A stretch of 49,592 bases of DNA from an uncultured Treponemataceae bacterium (GTDB lineage Bacteria > Spirochaetota > Spirochaetia > Treponematales > Rectinemataceae). Made by a program: the position numbers and the translations under genes. Below are positions 32,349-40,600 of this stretch, piece after piece. Positions within the stretch are counted from its first letter, which is position 1; the number at the start of each line of letters is the position of its first letter. The DNA lies in NCBI GenBank assembly GCA_964410245.1, contig CAYPHO010000001.1, positions 1 to 49,592 on the forward strand, written 5' to 3'. A model generated the notes under the pieces. That model was given only the letters and a program-made list of their open reading frames with translations, made no database searches and was not told the DNA's origin.

Positions 32349-33161
32349 ATGGAAACGAGAAAACCAGCGCGCGATCCCCTCGGATTCGTAATCGCGCCGA
32401 TTCTCCTGCTCGCCTCGGCCTCCGCCTTCGCCCAAGCCTCGGACTTCTCCTTCATGGACGACTACTTTAAGGCGAACGGGATAGCCGGGACCGTCATCGT
32501 CGAGAATCTAAAGGGCGACAAACGCTTCGTCTGCGGGGAGGAGGGCGCGGACCTGCGCTTCCTGCCCGCCTCGACCTTCAAGATCCCGAACACCCTAATC
32601 GCACTCGAAGAGGGCGCGGTGAAGGACGCGTCGGAAATAATCAGATGGGACGGCAAGGACAAAGGATACCCGGAATGGAACAAGGACCAGTGCGTCATGA
32701 CGGCCCTTCCCTCGAGCTGCGTCTGGTTCTACCAGGAGCTGGCCCGGCGCGTCGGCAACGCCGCCTACCTTCGATACCTGAAGGCGACGGATTACGGCAA
32801 CGCGGAGACGGGCAAGAACCTAGACACTTTCTGGCTGGACGGCGATCTTCGAATATCGCCCAACGAGCAAATCGCCTTCCTGAAGAAGGTATACCGAGAG
32901 GAGTTCCCCTTCATGCGATCCTCCTACGCGGCGCTCAAGGAAGCGCTCATCGTGAAGAGGGGTCCCGGTTATATCGTCCGGGCGAAGACGGGCTGGACCA
33001 TGCGCGTGAAGCCGCAGATCGGGTGGTATATCGGCTATGCGGAGACGAAAGAAGAAGTCTGGTTCTTCGCCGTCCGCATCGACATCGGAAGCGACCGCGA
33101 CGCGGGCTTCCGCGAGAAGGCCGCGTTTAGGGCCTTGGAAGGGCTGGGCTTGATTCCATGA
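32349..33161 (+). CDS. Class D (OXA-type) beta-lactamase
   Basis: From ORF 32271..33161, trimmed to ATG 32349 (METRKP..., with a signal peptide ending AFAQA). All class D signature motifs are present: STFK, SCV (SxV), DYGN (YGN), FWLDGDLRIS and KTGW (KTG). Confidence 0.85.
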   Translation: METRKPARDPLGFVIAPILLLASASAFAQASDFSFMDDYFKANGIAGTVIVENLKGDKRFVCGEEGADLRFLPASTFKIPNTLIALEEGAVKDASEIIRWDGKDKGYPEWNKDQCVMTALPSSCVWFYQELARRVGNAAYLRYLKATDYGNAETGKNLDTFWLDGDLRISPNEQIAFLKKVYREEFPFMRSSYAALKEALIVKRGPGYIVRAKTGWTMRVKPQIGWYIGYAETKEEVWFFAVRIDIGSDRDAGFREKAAFRALEGLGLIP

Positions 33162-35107
33162 AACCATTGAACCGATCTTTCGCCGCGAGCGCGCTCCTCC
33201 TAGTAGCCGTCCTGCTCTCTTCGTGCATGTCCCTGACGCAAAGCGCGCCCGGCGGCCGCGCGAGCTCGGCCGCCTCGAGCCCGGATTCGAAGAAAATGCC
33301 AGGCCATCGCCTATATCGCGCCGCCGTCGACAGCGGCGATCCGGTCGCCTTCCTGGAGGGTTACGTCCGATCCGGCGGCAGGATCGACATACCGGGAAAC
33401 GACGGATTCACGGCCCTTCATATCGCGGCATTGTATAAGAACTTTCCCGTCGCGGAATTCCTCCTGAAGAACGGCGCTGATATTCGCAAGAAGACTCTCG
33501 ACGGTACGACCGCGGGGGAGATGATGCTCATCTCCATGAAATCGAACGAGATTACGGAATGGCTTGAAACGGAGATACCGACGATCCTTATCGAGCGCGG
33601 GCTCGACCCGAACGCGCTCTTCGGAGACGGCGCGACGATCCTGCACCGCATCGCGTGGCAGCGGAATACTACGGAAGCGACGCTGAAGCTCGCGCGGCTC
33701 CTCCTATCGCGCGGAGCCGATCCGGCGCTGAAGAATAATGCCGGATACTCAGCCTTCGCGGATTCGATCGCCTTCCGTCCGAAGCCGGAGCTCCTGCGCC
33801 TCATGCTGGACAAGGAGCTCGCGAAGGCCTCGACGATCGACCTGAAGAACCTGACGCGGCCGGCGCGGGACAACATCTGCCAGGCCGTGGAATCCATGCA
33901 GAAGGACCAGGCCTATCGAGAGGTGGCGATGGTCCTCGCCGAGGCGGGATTCGACGGCGGCATCCAGGACCGCGACGGGGACTCGCTGTTGCGCGTCATG
34001 CTGAGCTCGTATAGCGGCTTCTCGATCGAATTCCTCGAGAAGCTCCTGGACAACGGCCTCCCGCTCTCCGGCCCCTATTCGGCCGATCCGAAGCGCAGCC
34101 TCTTCAGGGACTCCGCGCGCAAAGAGGACGCTGGCCTCATTCGGCTGCTTCTAGCGCGCGGCATGCCGCTTACCGACAAGGAGAGGGCGGAGGCGGCCGC
34201 CCTCGACTGGATGGAGGAGCCGGATCAGCTCGAATGCGTCCGCGTCCTCCTAAGCCGCGGCTTCGACATCAACAAGAGCGTCGGCTGGTACGGCCATAGA
34301 TCGCTCCTCCTCGACGCGGTGACGCGGGACAGGCCTTCGATACTCGAGCTCTGCCTGGACCTCGGCGCGGATCCTCGTATCGACGATTCCCGCTGGCCCG
34401 ATATCTTCCACGCGGCCGCCGATAAGGCGGGGCCAGAAATCATGGGCCTCCTGCTGGGCGGCCTCGCGTACGCGGACGCTCCCGACGCCAAGGGGCGTAC
34501 CGCCCTGCATATCGCCGCCGCCCGGCCAGGTCCCTACAACGAGACGATCCGGCTGTTGGTCGGCGCCGGCGCATCGCTCGACGCTATCGACGACGGGGGA
34601 TACACGCCCTTGGCCGCGGCGGTCGCGGCCGACCGCATGGACGTCGCGCTATTCCTCATCGAGGCCGGATCGGACGCCTCCGCGCCCCTGGCCGACCGGG
34701 GCCGCTCGCTCCTCGATATCGCGGTCCTGCACGGGCGCGAGGACATCATCCGCTTCCTCTTGGAACGTTATCCGAACTTATCCCTCTCGGTCATGGAGCG
34801 AACGATCTTCGACAAACTGCTCGCCATGAAGGGGCCGGTCGGCTACGAGTGGTACTACGGCGCGGCGAGTTCCCCCATAGCCGGGGGCGGCTACGGCTTC
34901 CCCGACGATCGGACCTGCTACTACAGATGGCGATCGGACGAGAAGAAGACCTGGGAGCTGGAGGGACGCGATCTTCGGATCTACGACGCATCGGGCAAGG
35001 AAGAAGAAGTCCTCGATTGGTACGACATGAAATGGCCCGGCGGCGACATCGACTGGTGCACCTTCCGTATCTCCGACCGGAAGATCGACGCTCACCTGAA
35101 GCCCTGA
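33158..35107 (+). CDS. Ankyrin-repeat lipoprotein
   Basis: A 649-aa ORF whose ATG overlaps the beta-lactamase stop (ATGA). The lipobox is VLLSSC. Multiple ankyrin repeats are present, e.g. GFTALHIAALYKNFPVAEFLLKNGADI and GRTALHIAAA...GGYTPLAAAVAADRMDVALFLIEAGSD. A C-terminal ~100-aa Trp/Tyr-rich region is unassigned. Confidence 0.8.
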   Translation: MKPLNRSFAASALLLVAVLLSSCMSLTQSAPGGRASSAASSPDSKKMPGHRLYRAAVDSGDPVAFLEGYVRSGGRIDIPGNDGFTALHIAALYKNFPVAEFLLKNGADIRKKTLDGTTAGEMMLISMKSNEITEWLETEIPTILIERGLDPNALFGDGATILHRIAWQRNTTEATLKLARLLLSRGADPALKNNAGYSAFADSIAFRPKPELLRLMLDKELAKASTIDLKNLTRPARDNICQAVESMQKDQAYREVAMVLAEAGFDGGIQDRDGDSLLRVMLSSYSGFSIEFLEKLLDNGLPLSGPYSADPKRSLFRDSARKEDAGLIRLLLARGMPLTDKERAEAAALDWMEEPDQLECVRVLLSRGFDINKSVGWYGHRSLLLDAVTRDRPSILELCLDLGADPRIDDSRWPDIFHAAADKAGPEIMGLLLGGLAYADAPDAKGRTALHIAAARPGPYNETIRLLVGAGASLDAIDDGGYTPLAAAVAADRMDVALFLIEAGSDASAPLADRGRSLLDIAVLHGREDIIRFLLERYPNLSLSVMERTIFDKLLAMKGPVGYEWYYGAASSPIAGGGYGFPDDRTCYYRWRSDEKKTWELEGRDLRIYDASGKEEEVLDWYDMKWPGGDIDWCTFRISDRKIDAHLKP

Positions 35108-35117
35108 GGCGGGGGCG

Positions 35118-35283
35118 GCCGCGAGAGCCGGGCGCCCTGCCCCGCGAGAGCCGCGCGACACGTGTCGCGCGGCAGCGCGGGCAGGTGCCGCGCCCCGCGA
35201 GAGCCGCGCGGCCGTGTCGCGCGGCAGCGCGGTCAGGTGCCGTGCCCCGCGAGAGCCGCGCGAAACGTGTCGCGCGGCTTCAG
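35118..35283. repeat. Three tandem ~52-bp units (plus a partial fourth), each containing a 23-24-nt GC-rich palindromic hairpin; REP-like, probable bidirectional terminator array
   Basis: The unit is CCCCGCGAGAGCCGCGCGACACGTGTCGCGCGGCAGCGCGGGCAGGTGCCGCG. Hairpins lie at 35150-35173 (a perfect 24-nt palindrome), 35203-35225 and 35255-35278. The array sits between the convergent ankyrin and pbpC genes, and the last hairpin abuts the pbpC stop. Confidence 0.8.
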
Positions 35284-37664
35284 CCTCCCGATACGCTGAC
35301 CGACACCGTCCCGCTCTCCACGAAGGCGCGGGGGAAGGCCGCGCGTATGGTGTGCGTGCCCGGCGAGATCGGCCAACGCGCCTCGTAGGGAAAGCCGACC
35401 CGCGCGAACTCGACGCCGTCGACGTACCACACGATCTGGGGCACGGCCGGGCTGACGCTAGCGCGCAGCGCCAGGGTCTGGAAGCGCGCGGGTATCTCGG
35501 GATCGACTAGTACGCGCGTCCCGTCGACGGGCGAGGTCAGGGCGACGGAGGCCGTCATGAGATCGGCGTCGCTCGCGCCCGGGACGCCGTAGCCGCGCGC
35601 GAGGGAGAAGGCGGCGTACTCGGGCCCCAGCTCGGTCACGGCCCGCATAGCGACCCGCTCCGCGGGAGTATCGGCGTCGGCCTCCTTCCCGGTCGCGGCA
35701 TCGACGACGATCCGCTTGTGGACGCCGCAGGGAAGGCGGGGCTCGGTGCCGGGCGCGAAGTACTCCAGGACGGCGCGAGGGCAGGATTCCCCCGCGCGGA
35801 AGCCCGAGTCGGGGCAGATCCTGACCGCGTTCCAGCCGCGCGGCGGCGGGAAGGGCTCCTCGCCGACCCCGCGCGCGGCCCCGGGCTGGAGCGCCGTGAA
35901 GAGGTCCAGGAGGAGCTCGGCCGCGGTCGAGCCCGCGACGTGGTTCATGCGCAGGAAATCCGAGTGGCCGATCCAGATGCCGGCGACGTAGCGGCGCGAG
36001 TAGCCGATGGCCCAGGCGTCGCGGAAGCCGTTCGAGGTGCCGGTCTTCACGGCCACGGGGAAGGGGAAGTTCGTCAGCGCCGTTCCCGCGAAGCCGGGGA
36101 GCCGCGCCTCGGTATCGGAGAGGAAGAGCGAGACCATGCGGGCGCTCGGCTCGGAGACGAGCGGGGAGCCGCCGCCGGCCGGCTGGTCGGCGAGCCAGCG
36201 CAGGGGGAGGCTCTCCCCGTCGTTGGCCAGGCATGCGTAGGCCTCGATCAGGCGGTCGAGGCTCGTGTAGATGCCGCCTACGGCCATGCCGTAGCCGTAG
36301 AAGTCCGCCGGCCGCTCGTAGTCGTGCAGGCCCAGGGCCCCCAGGCGGCCGTAGCATTCCTCCAGCCCCACTCCCTCCAGCACCTTGATCGCGGGCACGT
36401 TGCGCGAATTACCCAGGGCCGCGCGGTAGAGCATGGGGCCGAGGTAGGAGTCGTCGTAATCGGTCAGGCTGTACTCGCCTCCCTTGTCCTTCATGCGCAG
36501 GGGCATGTCGGCGAGGACGGACGAGGGGCCGAAGGCTCCCGTCTCCAGCCCCAGGGCGTAGAAGAAGGGCTTCAGCGTCGAGCCCGACGATCGGGGCACG
36601 CGGCAATAATCGATGGAGCCCTTATGCGCGTCGTCGAAGTAGTCGGCGGACCCTACGTAGGCGAGGACGTCCCCCGTCCTCGCGTCGGCCACCATGACGG
36701 CCATGTTGTCCGCCCCCAGGCGGCGGTACTCGGGGACGGCCCCGGCCGCGAGTTCGGTGGCCAGGTCCTGGATATCGGGGTCGAGGGTAGTCCGCGCGGG
36801 CCGGTCGTAGTCTCCCGGGCTCGAGCGGGCCTGCTCCTCTACGAGGCGGAGGATGTAGTGATAGCTGTCGGGCGGCCTCCGCTCGCGGATAAGCGGGTCC
36901 TTCGCCTCGAGCTCGTAGAGGGCCGCCTCGTAGCCGTCGCGATCGATCGCTCCTTGCTCGTACAGCTGGCCCAGTATGACACGGCCCCTGGCGCGGGCGG
37001 AGTAGTAGCCCTCGCGCGCGAAGAGGGCGCGGCCGTTCGGGTCCTGCGGCACCGCCATGAGCAGGGCGCACTCGGCCCAGGAGAGGTCCTGGACCGGCTT
37101 GCCGAAGCAGCGCCGGGCCGAGTAGGCGATGCCGTACATATTGCCGCCCTGGGGCAGGAGCCTTAAGTAGCGCTCCAGCATGGCCTCGCGGCCGTAGGCC
37201 AAGGTGGCGATGACGGCGGAGGCGGACTCCTCTATCTTGGCCAGGATCGTGCGCGGCCTCGGATGGGCCAGCCGGATCGCCTGCATGGCGATGGTCGAGC
37301 CGCCCTGGATCTCGCCGCCGAGGCTGCGTACGACCGCCCGGCCGAAGCCGATCGGATCGAAGCCGGGGTGGCGGTAGAACCTCCGATCCTCGACGGCGAT
37401 CGCGGTCGCGCGGACGCGTTCCGGAACGGGGTCCGGCAGGGACCAGAAGCCCAGCGCGCCGTAGATCGCCTCGCCGTCGGAGAGGAAGTCGCCGCGGGAG
37501 TCCTCGAAGAGGGGCGTGGGCTCGGGGAAGCGCGGCGGCGCGGCGGCCACGACGAGGGCGAGCCTCCAGGCCGCGAGCGCCGCGAGGAGGAATGCCGGCG
37601 CGAGGGACAGGGCCCTGCGCGCCGGCTTTAGGCGCCCGACGCGGATATCCGTCGGCCCGCTCAC
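35280..37664 (-). CDS. pbpC: Penicillin-binding protein 1C (bifunctional transglycosylase/transpeptidase-type)
   Basis: A 794-aa ORF whose GTG start overlaps the A2M stop (GTGA). GT51 motifs are EDRRFYRHPGFD and GGSTIAMQ. Transpeptidase motifs are STLKP (SxxK), SRN (SxN) and KTGT. The long C-terminal extension is as in PBP1C. Confidence 0.85.
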   Translation of the reverse strand: MSGPTDIRVGRLKPARRALSLAPAFLLAALAAWRLALVVAAAPPRFPEPTPLFEDSRGDFLSDGEAIYGALGFWSLPDPVPERVRATAIAVEDRRFYRHPGFDPIGFGRAVVRSLGGEIQGGSTIAMQAIRLAHPRPRTILAKIEESASAVIATLAYGREAMLERYLRLLPQGGNMYGIAYSARRCFGKPVQDLSWAECALLMAVPQDPNGRALFAREGYYSARARGRVILGQLYEQGAIDRDGYEAALYELEAKDPLIRERRPPDSYHYILRLVEEQARSSPGDYDRPARTTLDPDIQDLATELAAGAVPEYRRLGADNMAVMVADARTGDVLAYVGSADYFDDAHKGSIDYCRVPRSSGSTLKPFFYALGLETGAFGPSSVLADMPLRMKDKGGEYSLTDYDDSYLGPMLYRAALGNSRNVPAIKVLEGVGLEECYGRLGALGLHDYERPADFYGYGMAVGGIYTSLDRLIEAYACLANDGESLPLRWLADQPAGGGSPLVSEPSARMVSLFLSDTEARLPGFAGTALTNFPFPVAVKTGTSNGFRDAWAIGYSRRYVAGIWIGHSDFLRMNHVAGSTAAELLLDLFTALQPGAARGVGEEPFPPPRGWNAVRICPDSGFRAGESCPRAVLEYFAPGTEPRLPCGVHKRIVVDAATGKEADADTPAERVAMRAVTELGPEYAAFSLARGYGVPGASDADLMTASVALTSPVDGTRVLVDPEIPARFQTLALRASVSPAVPQIVWYVDGVEFARVGFPYEARWPISPGTHTIRAAFPRAFVESGTVSVSVSGG

Positions 37665-40600
37665 TCTCCTCCTTCGGCCTTCTTCGCCATGACCGCCGCG
37701 CCGTCGCTCGAGCCCTGGACCTCGAGCTCGTACATTCCCTGGGCCACGGCGGGCGGCAGGCCGTACTCGCCCTCGAAGTTGACGCGGGCGCGGTAGTAGA
37801 AGTCGTAGGTCCCGGCCGGCAGCGAATCGTAGTAGAAGGTGACCTGGTCGTCCTCGTAGTCGGCGTAGGCCGGCTTGCGCGTCAGGATTCCCTCCGGCTT
37901 GGCCTCGGCCGGCGAGGTGGCGAGGTTCGGGTTCATCGGCTCGAAGCCCGAGGCGAGAGGGAGGCGCACGGCCACGAACTCGCGGTCCTGCGGGTTGTAG
38001 ACGCGGACGTGGTCCTCGACCACGGTCCCGACGTCGAGGAACATGACCAGGCCCGCCTTCGCCTCCATCTTCCTGGCGAGCCGCTTCCCGTCGCCGTAGT
38101 CCAGGATCTCGCGCGTTACCGCGAAGCCCTCGTTGACCGCGGCCACCTTCGAGCCGGGCAGGGCCGGCACGTAGCTCGTATCGAGGTAGAGGGTCAGGCC
38201 CTTCGCCGCGCTGCCCTTGATCCTGGCCTTGAGCATCGAGTCCGAGTCGATCGAGAGCCTGGCGATGGCCTTGTCCTTCAGGTCCACGGCCTTCCAGGCC
38301 TTGCCGTCCCAGAGCTCCGCGACTCCCTTGCTTTTTGTCCCGCTCTTGATCGCGTCGGCCAGGCTCATGATGACGCAGGTCGTCGTGTACGTGTCGCCCC
38401 AGCCCCGCTCGCCCGCGGCCGCCAGGAGGTAGTCGAGGATCGCCTTGGTCTCGGCGGACCTGGGCTTGTCCTTGGCGTAGGCCGAGTAGATCGCGGCCAT
38501 AGTCCTATAGTCGCGATAGAGGAAGGGATTGCCGAACCAGGAGCGCTTCTCCTGCAAGCCCGCGACGACGAGGGCCCCTCCCTGGCGCTGGAAGGCCACG
38601 GCTGCCTGGACCTTGCCCAGGAGCTTGCCGAGCTGAGATGAGTTCACGCCCTTCTTTCCCTTCAGGACGAGCCAGATCCGCGCCTGCGTATAGGCGTCGG
38701 CTTCCTGCGCGAGCGACAGGAGCTCCTGGCCGTAGGCCGGGTCGTAATAGCCCGCCGCGTCGAGGGCGCAGAGCGCCATGCTCCGCTCCAGGGCGCCGTA
38801 GCCGCGGGTGAGCCGCCGGTAGTCCGAGCGCAGGGCCTCCCTCAGGGCCCGAAGGGGCCTGTCCAGGAGGACGGCGGGGACGGAGTAGCCCGCGGCCTTC
38901 GCGTCGACGAGGAACTCGACGACGTAGGCGGTCAAGTACACCTTGCCCTCGGAGCCCGGGTAGAAGGAATACAGGCCGCTGTCGGTAATGACCGACTCGA
39001 GGTAATTGAAGAGATAGCCGAGGGCGCCCTCGGAGACGCGCAGCTCGTCGGGCATGCCCGCGGCGCCCAGCGCGACGCTCATCGCGATCGGCGCGTGCAG
39101 CTTGGCGATGCGCTGCTCGGTGCAGCCGTAGGGATAGGCGGCCTGGAAGCGCAGCGAGCGCAGGACCTGGACGAGCTCGGGCATCGCGGTGAGGTAGAGG
39201 GTCTGCGTGGTCGCCCCCTCGCGCGCCTTCTCGCTCGGCCAGGGGAAATCGTAGGCCTGGCCGGCCTTCGGCTCGTACGTCGCCTCGAGCCGCTTGGTGA
39301 TCGTGTCGCGCCTGACGGGCAGCTCGAGCATGAAGGCGTCCTTGGCGCCGTCGGACAGCCTTCCCGCGCCCAGGGTGACCGATACGGACTGGTCGGCCTT
39401 GGCCGCCAGCGAGAGGGGCGCCTTCAGGGGGAAGTAGAGGCGGGTCGGCAGCTTCTGATCGAGCTCGATCGCCCGCGTCGTCCCGGTTTGTCCCGTCGAG
39501 AGCAGGAGCCCGCCGCCGAGCTCGATCTCGGCCTGGGCCTTCCCTCCCTCGCCCTCGACCACGCGGGCCATGCCGCCGGCCGTGATCTCGTCGCCCGGCC
39601 TGACGAAGCGCGGCAGGGCTTCCTGCACCACGACGGGCAGGCGCATGGCGACCGTGGACTTGGCGGTCCCGAATTTGTCGGCGCCCGAGGTCGCGATCGC
39701 GCGGACCGCGAACTCGGTGAGGTTGTCGGGCATGTCGATGGTGACCGAGCCCTTGCCGCCCTTGATCTCGATGGCGGGATTGAAGTAGGGGACGGTCTTG
39801 AAATTCTTCCGCACGGTGTTCTTGTCCAGGAGGTCGGCGAACTTCATGGCCTCGGCCATGTCGCCGCCGGCCAGCTCGTCGAAGCTCAGGTTGCCGACGG
39901 TCAGGTTGCGCGTGTCCGAGATGCTGACGGCGGACTGCACGTCCGTGATGAAGGAGGACAGGGGCGAGGCGAAGCGCTCCTGGGCCAGGGCCAGGACCGC
40001 GCGGTCGACCAGCCACAGCGCCACGCTGCCGTCGGCGGGCTTGCCCTCGCGGTCGACCATGACCATGTCGATCGTGAGCTTGGCGCCCGGCGTCGACTTC
40101 CCGTCGTGCATGAGCTGGAGGTCGACGCGGTTGGACGAGGGATCGACGGTTATCCAAGTGGTATTCGCCACGGAGACCGGCTTCAGGCGGTCGGACCCGG
40201 CCTCGAAGGAAAGCGGGCCCGGCAGGCGGCCGCGCATCAGGACGATATGGACGGGGAAGCGGGGGACGAGGTCCTCCGTGACCGCGAGCTCGATCATGCC
40301 CTGCCCGTTCTCGACGTCGATCCAGCGGTACAGGTTACCGCTGGGCCGCTCGATGACGACGAGGGCCTCGGCGGACTGGTAGGGGCTTTGGATGAGGATC
40401 TTGGCCGTATCGCCGCTCTCGTAGACCTTCTTGTCGAGGCTGGTCTCGAAGACCGCCGCGGTCGTCCGCTTCCAGGCGACGGGAGTCGGCCCCGAGACGT
40501 AGAGGTCGCGCTTGACCGACTGCATGCGCCCGACCGAGTCGTAGCCCTGGATCTCGACGATGTACACGCCCGCGTTCTCGACGGGGATATCGACGGACAG

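Noticed and set aside
35118-35283. Whether this is a CRISPR array
   Set aside because: The ~52-bp period consists entirely of repeated sequence, with no unique spacers. There are only three units and no cas genes nearby. Each unit is dominated by a palindrome, which is typical of REP or terminator elements.
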